Of a stretch of 64,000 bases of DNA, positions 43,001-52,537 are shown piece after piece. The translations under genes and the position numbers were made by a program. Source of the DNA: Coleofasciculus chthonoplastes F2-STO-03 (lineage in GTDB: Bacteria; Cyanobacteriota; Cyanobacteriia; Cyanobacteriales; Coleofasciculaceae); assembly GCA_040222015.1 (NCBI GenBank), contig JAVJWO010000010.1, positions 1 to 64,000 of the forward strand. Direction: 5' to 3'. The notes under the pieces are model-generated. The model saw only the letters and a list, made by a program, of their open reading frames with translations. It was not told the DNA's origin and did no database searches. The first letter of the stretch is position 1. Each line of letters starts with the position of its first letter.

Positions 43001-43347
43001 TGTAGGGCATCCAGCAGAGATTGGTTGTCTTTGAACCGTTCCACTTTGGCGGCTTGCCGCATCATACAAAACAGCAGTCCCCGCATGAGTTTGACCACAC
43101 TTTGTTCGAGTTCAAAGGTGCGCCCACTATCAGCGTCAAGTTTGCGGTACGCTAAGGCTAATCCCCAAACTGCCAAAATGCTGTAAACGTTATCCCTAAC
43201 CCAGGCATCGGTGTAGTCACCATGGGCATTGACGGCTGTACTGGCGGGTAATAATCCTGTAATTGGATTTTGGCGATCGAGAATAATCCGAATCTGCTGG
43301 TAATAATCGTTGAGTCGAGCGGGCAGTTGAGTGGCGGTGATAGACAT
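40081..43347 (-). CDS. glycoside hydrolase family 15 / phosphorylase kinase alpha-beta-like protein
   Basis: DAWVRDNVY, WGHLQLDA, PDYGIWERG, RFLRDGH, ECEWP. Confidence 0.9.
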   Translation of the reverse strand: MSITATQLPARLNDYYQQIRIILDRQNPITGLLPASTAVNAHGDYTDAWVRDNVYSILAVWGLALAYRKLDADSGRTFELEQSVVKLMRGLLFCMMRQAAKVERFKDNQSLLDALHAKYNTSTGDVVVGDDEWGHLQLDATSLFLLMLAQMTASGLHIVYTIAEVHFIQNLVYYIGRTYRTPDYGIWERGNKVNRGNPELNASSVGMAKAALEAINGLDLFGVRGSQASVIHVLPDEIARSRITLESLLPRESSSKETDAALLSVIGFPAFAIEDVELLERTRQKIVDKLQGLYGCKRFLRDGHQTVLEDTTRLHYEPWELQQFEHIECEWPLFFTYLALDGWFRGDVERARNYLGRLDTLLVERDGMRLLPEVYYVPEDKIEAERASPRSQNRKPNENLPLVWAQSLYLFAQLLHEELITRGDVDPLGRHFCVGRHQDPVVQIALLAEDEALQAQLAAYGIATQTPKQVDPVQVRQATDLSRLYAQIGRCDALGLTGRPIRRLRSLTTSRIFRFGKETIVFLPAFLDQQQFYLTLDYHFLVAQIKSELTYIQRHWGELGRPTVTLLLTHQMVQTAEETSHPGQEQLQGSALLELIQELQEGFCNGVRVKLGRLNQLMLTAGVERIDTLQGFEFSDSAVQDAAPPDYYLRNHPRKNGPLSHTQEFLLECETNLQPLLDSLRHSENFYEQIELLRTLKNLRGLDFDTGFGQPQRVVTVADLLNEVYTRASSEGASPYWGVIRQAAGLLNKVEISLSDAVTDILVRGKQITVGKAYSEASLIKNPMSHLELRAKIDEFCREDIRDRVLTQEILIYLSILIKSEPHLVDGLLTLRVGYLILLLTSELAAELGVTQDEAYEALMRLSPFDIKMRLRSCLAGYEGVNQKLRQQESLHVKQPQYAINWVILPEEQIYIDEDLTTAGNWLRKRQMDGSAGRVPKDFYPKVWQVMKHCKGLVIGDKLERRNRLDSQPLLSEMTPGEKNFALRVEHLLNKIQVPTYRQVNIEALVELAAILERNPELEIEEYIVLDVLIGHAVRLGWLERYPERADKYDEYKAAAWRAFYDTSPKQCAAYVAKAFQFLAQVEPANVA

Positions 43348-43491
43348 CCCTTAATCAAACTTGATATAAAATTTATTTTTCCGGGGTCGTTCGTTAAAGC
43401 TAATGAGTAATTTTTCTTAGCATTCCGAACCTAATATTCACCTAATCTTTCCGTCACCTTGACCCAATTCTTGTCGTTTTGGCAACAATTC

Positions 43492-43509
43492 GTTACATTA
43501 ATTTACATA
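43492..43509 (+). promoter_or_regulatory. HLR1 (RpaB-binding) direct repeat
   Basis: GTTACATT-AA-TTTACATA, 22 bp upstream of the hli start. Confidence 0.8.
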
Positions 43510-43531
43510 ATGCAATTAAAACAACGAACTT

Positions 43532-43684
43532 ATGAACGAGCAACAGCAAAAAGAAGCGAAATTTGGGTTCACGGCGAACGCTGAGAATTGGAATGGTCGT
43601 TTAGCAATGATTGGTTTTGTTGCCGCGTTGATTACGGAATATGTTTCCGGTCAAGGCGTGTTACATTTCTGGGGACTTCTGTAA
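43532..43684 (+). CDS. hli: high-light-inducible protein (Hli/Scp), 50 aa; not in the ORF track
   Basis: [50 protein letters not shown] contains the ExxNGRxAM chlorophyll-binding motif. Confidence 0.95.
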   Translation: MNEQQQKEAKFGFTANAENWNGRLAMIGFVAALITEYVSGQGVLHFWGLL

Positions 43685-43705
43685 TACGGCAATGGGGAAA
43701 GTAAT

Positions 43706-43738
43706 AGCTGGGTGTTCAATCCGATGAACCCCAGCTTT
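43706..43738. terminator. hairpin between the convergent hli and rpoD genes
   Basis: AGCTGGG(T)GTTCA...TGAACCCCAGCT. Confidence 0.55.
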
Positions 43739-43755
43739 CTGGTATTGTCCTAGTC

Positions 43756-44895
43756 CTAGCGGATATATTCCTTGAGAATGCTGTTGCGATTGGGATGGCG
43801 CAGTTTACGCAGGGCTTTTGCCTCGATTTGGCGAATGCGTTCGCGGGTCACGGCAAAGATTTGACCGATTTCTTCTAGGGTTTTCATCCGTCCATCATCT
43901 AACCCATAGCGCAACCGAAGAACGTCTCGTTCGCGGGGGCTTAAGGTATCCAGGACACTTTCTAAGTCTTCCCGCAGCAGATTTTTGGATACTTGGTCTT
44001 CTGGCGTTTCACCATCGGCTTCGATGAAGTCACCCAGGCGAGAGTCTTCTTCTTTACCAATTGGTGTTTCCAGGGAGATGGGAAGTTGGGCAGATTTGGC
44101 AATAAATCGCAGCTTCTCGATGGTCATTTCCATGCGATCGGCAATTTCTTCTTCGGTGGGTTTGCGACCCAATTCTTGAGAGAGGATTTTGGTGGTCTTT
44201 TTGATCCGGGAGATGGTTTCGTAGAGGTGAACGGGGAGGCGAATGGTACGGGATTGATCCGCGATCGCACGAGTGATGGCTTGTCGAATCCACCATGTCG
44301 CGTAGGTGGAGAATTTGTATCCTTTCTCGTGGTCGAACTTTTCCGCCGCCCGGATCAGTCCTAAAGACCCTTCTTGAATCAGGTCTTGAAACGACAGACC
44401 CCGATTCATGTATTTCTTGGCAATGGACACAACGAGACGCAGGTTAGACTGCACCATTTTCTCTTTTGCCCGCCGACCCAGGAAAAGGCGTTGGCGAAAG
44501 GCGGGAAGTTCCATGTTGACTGAACTAGCCCATTCTCCTTCCTTCGGTTCTCGCTCGAGCTGATCATACAAGCGATCGCGAATCCGTTCTAATTCCAATA
44601 AGTCAGCAATTTTACGCGCCAGTTCAATTTCTTCATCAGCCCGTAATAGCTTAATTCGACCAATTTCTTGTAAGTAGAGGCGAATGGAATCTTCGGTATA
44701 GTGCTTCTTTTTCGCTTGTGGGCGACGGCGGGTAGAACGCACCTTACCAGGCTTACCATCTGCCTCCGGTTCGCGTTGAACGGCTTCCGAGTTCCCGTCC
44801 GCCATATCATCTTGATTGGCGTCATCCTCCAGCAAGAATTCAAACTCGCTTTGAGGCTGAGAAATTGTTGCAAGTACGTCGTGTGCCTGGGTCAT
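43756..44895 (-). CDS. rpoD: principal RNA polymerase sigma factor (SigA/RpoD)
   Basis: [50 protein letters not shown]. Confidence 0.95.
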   Translation of the reverse strand: MTQAHDVLATISQPQSEFEFLLEDDANQDDMADGNSEAVQREPEADGKPGKVRSTRRRPQAKKKHYTEDSIRLYLQEIGRIKLLRADEEIELARKIADLLELERIRDRLYDQLEREPKEGEWASSVNMELPAFRQRLFLGRRAKEKMVQSNLRLVVSIAKKYMNRGLSFQDLIQEGSLGLIRAAEKFDHEKGYKFSTYATWWIRQAITRAIADQSRTIRLPVHLYETISRIKKTTKILSQELGRKPTEEEIADRMEMTIEKLRFIAKSAQLPISLETPIGKEEDSRLGDFIEADGETPEDQVSKNLLREDLESVLDTLSPRERDVLRLRYGLDDGRMKTLEEIGQIFAVTRERIRQIEAKALRKLRHPNRNSILKEYIR

Positions 44896-45774
44896 GCCTT
44901 TTTCCTCATGCTCCTTCAGTTAAAGACCAGTAGATGTCTAATAATCTACTTAAAAGTTTAGCCAGCGATTTCATCTTACTTTTGCATTCTAATCGGTTAT
45001 TGAATTGTTGAGCCTGAGAAACTCAGATGAAATTTATTCCTCTTAACTCAATAGGGATATGAATGCCAGGTAAAGTAATTTTTCATCCTGGCGGCTGTTG
45101 AGACTTTTCAATTCTAGCTTTAATTCAAAAAACTTGTTCGCGCTTTTGGGCAACTTAGATTGGCTGAGAATCTTCAGCGGTTAAGAGCTTTTGTGCGAAA
45201 TCGAAATGAATATTTGCCTAAAGAATGAAACCATTATAGATTGTCTTTCCTCGATTTGCATGCCTAGATGAATTGAGGGACTAAGTCTAACTTGATGGAA
45301 GTACGCGAATAGAGTCGTAAGCTTTACTATTACGCTGGGGAAAGCCATCGAAACTGAATCCGTTTGCTTGATGTCTCTCGGTTCTGTCAATCCTTCTTTA
45401 ATTTAATCTGGGACTCGACTGGTTCGTCCCCGACAAATCGCTGAAATGTGATCAGCCATTTTAATGAAGTTAGCTGACACTTCAAGAGCCTTAGTTTCTC
45501 TAGAGTTCATGAAACACCCTGTTTTAGTACAAATGTTCTGTTTTAAGAGGATTCTTCTTCTTTGACTACGTTAGCGAAGTTCAGCGTACATGCAACAAAT
45601 TTTTTGAGGGTAGAGGTAATGCATAAGTCACGAAGGCTCGATGGTGTGTAAAACATTTGTTTTAGCACACAATAGGAGTAGTTGTGTTTAAAATCTGAAT
45701 AAAATTCGCCGAGATGGTTACAATACGTAACGCTTGTGTCATCTTGTGTAAACTGGCAGTCGGAGATGGAGATA

Positions 45775-45892
45775 AGGCAGTGGTTCGACAGGCTCACCAA
45801 CCAGGCAGTGGTTCGACAGGCTCACCAACCAGGCAGTGGTTCGACAGGCTCACCAACCAGGCAGTGGTTCGACAGGCTCACCAACCAGGCAG
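45775..45892. repeat. 28-bp tandem repeat (AGGCAGTGGTTCGACAGGCTCACCAACC) x4
   Basis: Four identical contiguous units with no spacers. Confidence 0.95.
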
Positions 45893-46101
45893 AAGGTCAA
45901 GATCAAGGTCGCAAGGCAAGGCAAGGTAAAAGAAAATGATGAGTGTTTAGACAAACAAGAGATCAGAAGCCACTGCGCCTCTACATCCCTGGTTCTTTCC
46001 CCTAACATTTAACTCCATATATAGTTGCAATAATCCCAGTTTTCGGCTTATGGTACTCTACCGATAGCGTTAACGCTAACTTAGTTCACAGCAAGAATGC
46101 C

Positions 46102-46770
46102 TCATTTGAGTTGCCATAGTTGGTCAATGGTCACAAAATTATATCCTTGATCCAGTAGAGTTGGGATTAAGCTGGCTGTCGTTTGTGTCACATCTTCTCC
46201 TCCACAGTAACCATCATGCAAGACCAGGAGTGATCCATTCTGTACTTGCTGTAGGACTCGCCGGACAACGACTGAAGTCCCAGGACGTACCCAGTCTTCT
46301 GGTACAACACTCCACATCACAGGTCGGTAATGCCATTGGTGTAATAATCTCAGAGTTTGGGGAGTAAACAAACCATTCGGGGGGCGAACATCCCGCAGGC
46401 GATCGGAGTTCAGTCCACAAGCTTGGGTAATTGTTGCTTGGGTTTTTTCTAAACTTTGCTTGAGCGTATCTGGTGTCAGCAAGGGGAAAGAGTGGTGATA
46501 ATAGCCGTGCAATCCAATCCAATGACCCTGGGCGTAGACCTCACGGGCAACGTTTGGTGCCGATTTGACGCAAGTACCTAACCAGAAAAAGCTGGCTTTT
46601 ATATCGTAGCGTTCTAGAACGTGCAAAAGTTGGGGGGTGTACTGGGGGTGAGGACCATCATCAAACGTGAGGGCAATGGTTGGTGATTGGGGTGAACCTG
46701 ACCAAAGGCAATGGGGAAAGGTTGTTTTCAGAATTGGGTACAGCAGGGGATAGAGGGGGGCAAATTGCAT
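46102..46770 (-). CDS. polysaccharide deacetylase (NodB/CE4)
   Basis: ALTFDDGP, GLHGYYH, RPPNG, LVLHDG; ATG at 46770 preferred because the upstream extension is repeat-derived. Confidence 0.9.
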   Translation of the reverse strand: MQFAPLYPLLYPILKTTFPHCLWSGSPQSPTIALTFDDGPHPQYTPQLLHVLERYDIKASFFWLGTCVKSAPNVAREVYAQGHWIGLHGYYHHSFPLLTPDTLKQSLEKTQATITQACGLNSDRLRDVRPPNGLFTPQTLRLLHQWHYRPVMWSVVPEDWVRPGTSVVVRRVLQQVQNGSLLVLHDGYCGGEDVTQTTASLIPTLLDQGYNFVTIDQLWQLK

Positions 46771-46970
46771 AGGGTAGCAGGGGGAGCAGGGGGAGCCAAT
46801 GTAGAGACGTGCCATGGCACGTCTGGGAGATGGGAATACAGCCGATTCTGTAGGGGCGGGTTTTACCCATAACGTTTTGGCACAAACCGATAACTGAACT
46901 AAACCCGCCCTTGTCCGGATTCAGGGGACGCAAAAATTAAGGTCAAAACTCAAAACTCAAAACTCAACAC

Positions 46971-47519
46971 TCAACACTCAAAACTTAAGTCATCCAGGGT
47001 CAGTTGACCGTCAAAGGCATAGAATGTGATGCGAGAGATATTCGGCGCATTAATCTGTAGCTGGGTATTGGGAGGTGTAGATGAATCTGATCCAGCTAAA
47101 TTGGGTTGAGTCGTCACCTGATCAATAAGCATACCTTGGGAGTCGTAAGCAGACATGATCGTTCGCTGGGAACTGGTGACGTAGCAGCAGAACCGAGCAA
47201 TCGGCTGCAAAAATGTTGCTTCTAGCCAACCGCTTTTAGGTGCCGCCATGAGTACAATTGTACCAGAGCGGGGCGGATAGGCAGGGTTTGATGGCTGTAG
47301 AGCGATCGCGTTTTTAAATGTCACTCCAAACTGGTGAAATTGATGCTCTACCACTTCAAAACAGGTTAATGCTTCCAAATTAAGGCAGACACTCTTCGGT
47401 CTTATCACGAGTAAACTCGACTCATATTCAGCTATATCCCAGCCAGGAGAAGCGATCGCCGCTTGCGACTTGATGAAGTTATCATCTATAATTTCCTGTA
47501 ACTGTAAATTGCATTGCAT
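46971..47519 (-). CDS. hypothetical protein
   Basis: Beta-rich ORF (FGVTFKNAIALQPSNPAYPP); function unknown. Confidence 0.7.
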   Translation of the reverse strand: MQCNLQLQEIIDDNFIKSQAAIASPGWDIAEYESSLLVIRPKSVCLNLEALTCFEVVEHQFHQFGVTFKNAIALQPSNPAYPPRSGTIVLMAAPKSGWLEATFLQPIARFCCYVTSSQRTIMSAYDSQGMLIDQVTTQPNLAGSDSSTPPNTQLQINAPNISRITFYAFDGQLTLDDLSFEC

Positions 47520-48061
47520 TGTTATAACAGAGTTTAAACAACAAAAAAATAAATTGATGAGATTGAACACCGGAAAGCTGATAACTCTATAAGCCGAGAA
47601 AAAATGTCAAGTTTTCGGTTTCAAGCACTGCTCAAATCTCCTGCTCTCAAAATCACCAGATATCTCCGTTCTACTTACCAATCACGTCTACAGGCTGGTT
47701 ATACTCAAATTGAAACTCAGCCGCAATGATGCTCCCTGGAACCGTCTCACTCAAAACTACAAGTGTTTTTTAGATGATTACTGATATGAGTTTGTACCCT
47801 TTTGTGTGTAAACGTCCACTCACATAAAATCCTCCGATGAAATAATAGTGAGAAAAGTTCCCTCAGTTCAAAACTTATGATTTTAACGCTTTTCTCAAAG
47901 ATTGACTCACTTTGACAGCAAGCCGGATCTATGAACAAAGAATCTCCGTCTTTGTAGGGCAGAGAGTGTCAACTAAGATTCCGGGTTAAGGGAATCAACT
48001 TAAAGTCAGAGGCTCTCGACCCTAGAATCAGGGATGATAGCAATAGCGATAAGGTTGAGAT

Positions 48062-48982
48062 ATGATTGAACCCAACGGTTTTAAACAGCACTCCTTAGTG
48101 ACCTCACTAGGAACAATGACATACTACACGGCTGACGACATGCCGTGGCAAACCCCAGAAACCCCTGAGCCAGAAGAACGACCAACATTAGTGTTTTTGC
48201 ATGGCTTTGGGGGCGGGTCATCAGCGTATGAGTGGTCAAAGGTCTATCCAGCATTTGCCAGTGAGTATCGAATTTTAGCCCCTGACCTCATCGGTTGGGG
48301 TCGTTCAGAGCATCCTGAACGCAATTATCAGATTGATGACTACATCACCACAATTAATGAATTCCTAGAGCAAACCTGTCCTCAAGGAACACCAGTGATT
48401 GCTTCGTCTCTAACCGCCGCTTTGACAATCCGAGCTGCGATCGCACGTCCTGAACTGTTTAAGTCTTTGATTCTCACCACTCCATCAGGACTCTCTGATT
48501 TCGGGGAAGACTACACACGTAGCTTTTTTGCTCAGTTAATCAGCACACCGATTCTGGATCGCATCCTCTACAGCACTGGCGTCGCCACTGCAGGCGGTAT
48601 CCGCAGTTTCTTGGAAAGTCGGCAATTTGCTCGTCCCAGCCGAATAACTTCAGAAATCGTGGAGGCTTATTTAGCCTCAGCTCAACAACCCAATGCTGAA
48701 TATGCAGCGCTGTCGTTTGTGCGGGGAGACTTGTGCTTTGACTTATCCCTGTACATTACTCAACTGACAACTCCCACAGCAATTATCTGGGGACAAAAAT
48801 CGGAATTTACCAGCCCAGAAATCGGCAAGCGACTGGCGGATCTCAATCCGAAAGCCGTTCAAGTCTTTCAAACCCTTGAGGATGTTGGATTGACTCCTCA
48901 GCTTGAATTACCAGCCGTCACGATTGGTTTAATCCGAAAGTATTTAAAAATGCTAAAGTCTGAGGACAGAATTGCAGATTAG
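48062..48982 (+). CDS. alpha/beta hydrolase fold protein
   Basis: VFLHGFGGG, APDLIGWGRS, PTAIIWG. Confidence 0.88.
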   Translation: MIEPNGFKQHSLVTSLGTMTYYTADDMPWQTPETPEPEERPTLVFLHGFGGGSSAYEWSKVYPAFASEYRILAPDLIGWGRSEHPERNYQIDDYITTINEFLEQTCPQGTPVIASSLTAALTIRAAIARPELFKSLILTTPSGLSDFGEDYTRSFFAQLISTPILDRILYSTGVATAGGIRSFLESRQFARPSRITSEIVEAYLASAQQPNAEYAALSFVRGDLCFDLSLYITQLTTPTAIIWGQKSEFTSPEIGKRLADLNPKAVQVFQTLEDVGLTPQLELPAVTIGLIRKYLKMLKSEDRIAD

Positions 48983-49072
48983 TCCTTTGTCATTAGTCTT
49001 TTGTCATTATCTCCCCCAGCTCCCAGACGTAGCATGAAAAGTCTCTACATGCTCCCTATTCCCTGTTCCCTT

Positions 49073-49600
49073 TCATTCAACCCTGACATCAATCACGCTA
49101 GCGTTGAAATTGTAATCCTTACCCTCTAATTCCACAGGCGTTCCAATTTTAAGCTTGCTATTTCCCAGAACCGGACCATCATTGGTAATAGTGGCTTGAC
49201 CACCGAGGGTCATTAGTATATCAGTACTAAATGTGTCTGGTCTGGGATCGGGTAGCGCTTTAGCCGAGCCATCGGGTTGAGGTACAATAACCAGTCTTGG
49301 CAATTCTTGTACCGATATGATGTCTACCTGACCAGAGGGTTGATTGCGAATAACGATATTTGTTTTCTTTTCTGCTCTAAATTGAGACATCAAATCCTCT
49401 GGATTACGCACGCTCAACCCTCGAACAATCAAATCAACTTGAACAGATTTTTCGGCGCTGCTTCCAGGTATCTGGGCGACGGAACCTGTACCCGGAATGA
49501 AAAAGATTCCCACAATCACTAATAAAATGACCAAGGCAGCCCCTAGATCAAGAAGGCTGATTTTACCAAAAAGACGACCTTTAGAATCTAAAATAGTCAT
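49073..49600 (-). CDS. DUF4330-like membrane-anchored protein
   Basis: ILDSKGRLFGKISLLD plus one TM; KLKIG near the C-terminus. Confidence 0.75.
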   Translation of the reverse strand: MTILDSKGRLFGKISLLDLGAALVILLVIVGIFFIPGTGSVAQIPGSSAEKSVQVDLIVRGLSVRNPEDLMSQFRAEKKTNIVIRNQPSGQVDIISVQELPRLVIVPQPDGSAKALPDPRPDTFSTDILMTLGGQATITNDGPVLGNSKLKIGTPVELEGKDYNFNASVIDVRVE

Positions 49601-50039
49601 AAATCCTCACGATTAGTATTTTTTAACTCTCGTTTTAACATCAACAGAAGACTCAGTTATGCTGTCCTGAGTTAAATTACTAGGGCAGCAACAATAGATC
49701 AGTATAACCTGTGGAAAGCTTAGGAGTTTAAACGCACCCCATCTAAATCAAATATTCTAGATGAGGATTCTTATGCTAGGCACAACGGCAGTCTCCAAAG
49801 GCTAGTGAGCGTTACTGGCGTCTTCAGCGTGTGGGATGGAATTCTGCCTTCCCACACCCTACAGGGTAAACGCATCTAGATATTTTTGACAAAAGTCGCG
49901 AAATGTGTAGTGTAGGCGTATCTTAAGTCATAGATCAATGGTAGGGGCGGGTTTAGCCACTAAATTTCGATATTCACCAATAACGTAACAACAAAACCCG
50001 CCCTATCTCACCCTTATCTATAATTTATCAGCCATTATC

Positions 50040-50228
50040 ATGGAAAATACAGCAGAATATAATTGCGCCTACTGTGGCGAAGCCAACGTTACGTTTATTG
50101 ACATTAGCGCCGGCTCTCAGCAATCTTACGTTGAGGATTGTCAGGTGTGCTGTCAGCCGAATATTTTATATGTCCGGATTGATGAAGAAACCCTCGACGT
50201 GGAAATTGATACGGACGTGGAAAGTTAA
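50040..50228 (+). CDS. CPXCG-motif cysteine-rich protein
   Basis: CAYCGE and YVEDCQVCCQP. Confidence 0.85.
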   Translation: MENTAEYNCAYCGEANVTFIDISAGSQQSYVEDCQVCCQPNILYVRIDEETLDVEIDTDVES

Positions 50229-50294
50229 CTGGCGCTTTTGTTAATTTCTTTGATGCTGGAGCAGTCTAAAATCCGTTTGGATTTGTTACATTTG

Positions 50295-50999
50295 CTATTG
50301 AACATCACTATTTGTCACCATACTCTTTTTAAGAGTTTCACAAAAACTCAAGAAATTTTGAAACGTTTCGAGGTGTGTAGAGTCATCTTGTACTCTTTTT
50401 TGTAATTGCTCTAAATAATATCTTTCCATGGCATCACCGGGAAATTTTTTAGTATAAGATATGTTTCTTGCCTCAAAAATTTTTTGTACATATTCCAAAT
50501 GAAAATCAGCGTGATTTCTCATATTATACTTACCCATTTTTTCAGGATCATACTGAGAAACATCATAATAGTTTACATAATCTGATAATGGTGATTCTAT
50601 TGGTTGTCTTGAATCAAAAATTTTTCTATTTCCTAATAACCAAGTCTCTATACAGCGATTTTGTATAATAATTTTAATTTTAGTATCGCCTAAATTTGTA
50701 TTCTTCCCTTGGATAAGGTTTTCAATATAACTTTCTCTTTCATTTACTGTCTCTTCATCAGCATCCAGACAAAGAACTAAATAATCATAATTGTTTGTTT
50801 CTTTAATTTTGTCAATTGCATTATCAAGTCCATCATGTAAAATAGCAGGATAACCTTTTCCGCTTATCAAATAATAATTATTTTTTTGAACTTGGTCATG
50901 ATATTTAACTTGCATTAATTCAGGAAGAAGATACCCAAGCCATTTGGGGTAAATCTTTTTTTCTGTACTATTCCCCTCCACTAAAAAGTAAATATTCAT
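50295..50999 (-). CDS. TOPRIM-like hypothetical protein
   Basis: YFLVEGNSTE, LCLDAD, CIETWLLG; low GC. Confidence 0.65.
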   Translation of the reverse strand: MNIYFLVEGNSTEKKIYPKWLGYLLPELMQVKYHDQVQKNNYYLISGKGYPAILHDGLDNAIDKIKETNNYDYLVLCLDADEETVNERESYIENLIQGKNTNLGDTKIKIIIQNRCIETWLLGNRKIFDSRQPIESPLSDYVNYYDVSQYDPEKMGKYNMRNHADFHLEYVQKIFEARNISYTKKFPGDAMERYYLEQLQKRVQDDSTHLETFQNFLSFCETLKKSMVTNSDVQ

Positions 51000-51010
51000 T
51001 ATTAATATTC

Positions 51011-52135
51011 TCAATATTCATCATCCTCAAGGACATTAATTAAATCAATAAAAGCTTTTTGCCTAGATTCGGAAATATGAAAATCTTTTGCATTTTTTAC
51101 AGTTACCAAACTTCCTTGACGAGTCACTATTTTCCAATAAGCAGGACTAATATTATTAATGACATAAGGATGATGACTGGTAACCATAAATTGTGATCCT
51201 TGATTGTCCAAGATCAGATCGGTAACGCTATCAAGACAATTAACACCTAGGCTATTTTCAAATTCATCAATCAGAATAACACAATTATCAGGAGATAAAT
51301 ATAATTGGCTGATGTACATTAAAGTTTTAAACATTCCAGATGAAATATTTTTAATCCAGTTTTGAACTCCTTTTTCTTTAATGCTTACAGTAGTCGCTTC
51401 CTTCAATAACTGGGATAATGCAATAGGAATATCCTCGTCTTTTAGAGATTCTATTTTTATATCTGCAACATTTGGGAAAATTATTACAAAACTTTTCTTG
51501 ATTTTCTCAAATTCTTTAGGAAATATTCTATAAAGGATAGCTAATTTAATGAGAATAGGCAAGTCACTTTCCTTTAGAGACAGCAATGAAGACTTTTCGT
51601 GTTTCTTAACTATAGATACTGGTAGCAGCATTGTTTTATCAAAACCACGCCCTGAATCAGCTAGTATAATTTTATCTAGTTCTTTTTTGACGGGAATGAT
51701 ACTATCTTCTTGTTTTAGTAACTCAATAATACTCTCATAAGGAGATAATTTCGGGGTTTTTTCTCCATGGAAAATAATTTTCTCTTGTGTTCTTTTAACA
51801 ATAGTTTTTTGATTAAAACTTAAAGTTTCACAAATAATTTTAACCTGTTCTTCTTCCGCTGAATCACCATCAATAGGTGTTGTGCTTTTTTTTGTTTCAA
51901 ATTCTCCACTCCAATGATATTCACAATCATCACTGGTCAAAAAACAAACATTCCACCGCACTCCATTCAAAGACGCACCATTGGCTATCTTTTTCAAGCT
52001 GCTTATAGATCTTAATATTCTTGTCTTACCAACACCAGATACACCGACCAGAAGATTAAGATTCTGCAAAAAATCTACTGGTTCAAGCTTCCATTGGTAT
52101 TCGTCATCGTAATACTCTAGTTTTTTAATTTTCAT
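51011..52135 (-). CDS. ABC-type AAA ATPase (AAA_21-like)
   Basis: GVSGVGKT, ISSGM, LIDEFENSL, TSHHP; low GC. Confidence 0.88.
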   Translation of the reverse strand: MKIKKLEYYDDEYQWKLEPVDFLQNLNLLVGVSGVGKTRILRSISSLKKIANGASLNGVRWNVCFLTSDDCEYHWSGEFETKKSTTPIDGDSAEEEQVKIICETLSFNQKTIVKRTQEKIIFHGEKTPKLSPYESIIELLKQEDSIIPVKKELDKIILADSGRGFDKTMLLPVSIVKKHEKSSLLSLKESDLPILIKLAILYRIFPKEFEKIKKSFVIIFPNVADIKIESLKDEDIPIALSQLLKEATTVSIKEKGVQNWIKNISSGMFKTLMYISQLYLSPDNCVILIDEFENSLGVNCLDSVTDLILDNQGSQFMVTSHHPYVINNISPAYWKIVTRQGSLVTVKNAKDFHISESRQKAFIDLINVLEDDEY

Positions 52136-52224
52136 ATTGATTTATTGTGATCTGTGCGGGACGACCATCCTGACCTAAGACCTTGTCCATGCCTTCCAGT
52201 CCTACCTCACCCCAACCCCACAGA

Positions 52225-52360
52225 AGCATCAGAGATGGCATCCTAGTATATCCCAATCCCCCAAAATTATAGAACTCCGAGTCAGTTTCCAAAGAACTGC
52301 CCAGCAAAATTTGTCCGGCTGCGGGGCGGTTACCACAATCAAGATACCACATGCGGGGAA
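52225..52360 (-). pseudogene. ThiF/E1-like (PRTRC-type) fragment
   Basis: WYLDCGN...GQILLG...MPSL motif with no intact ORF. Confidence 0.4.
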
Positions 52361-52537
52361 TTTCAGAACGGCTGTAATGGCTCCTATCCCGCCATTGAAG
52401 GCGTCAAACCGCACCCCTCATCCTTTATATTTATTAATTTTCCCTGGATGTACGAAAATCACTAACGCTAGCATAAGGGGTCAACTGCTCCTGAAACGCC
52501 AAAACTCAACAGTAGCATTGATTATAGATGCCCCTCA

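Noticed and set aside
45775..45892. CRISPR array
   Set aside because: The 28-bp units are contiguous with no spacers, and there are no cas genes
45714..45939. Short ORFs across the 28-bp repeat
   Set aside because: Repeat-derived, with no coding signature
49785..49805. tRNA-Trp-like anticodon arm (GGCAGTCTCCAAA)
   Set aside because: No acceptor stem or T-loop around it
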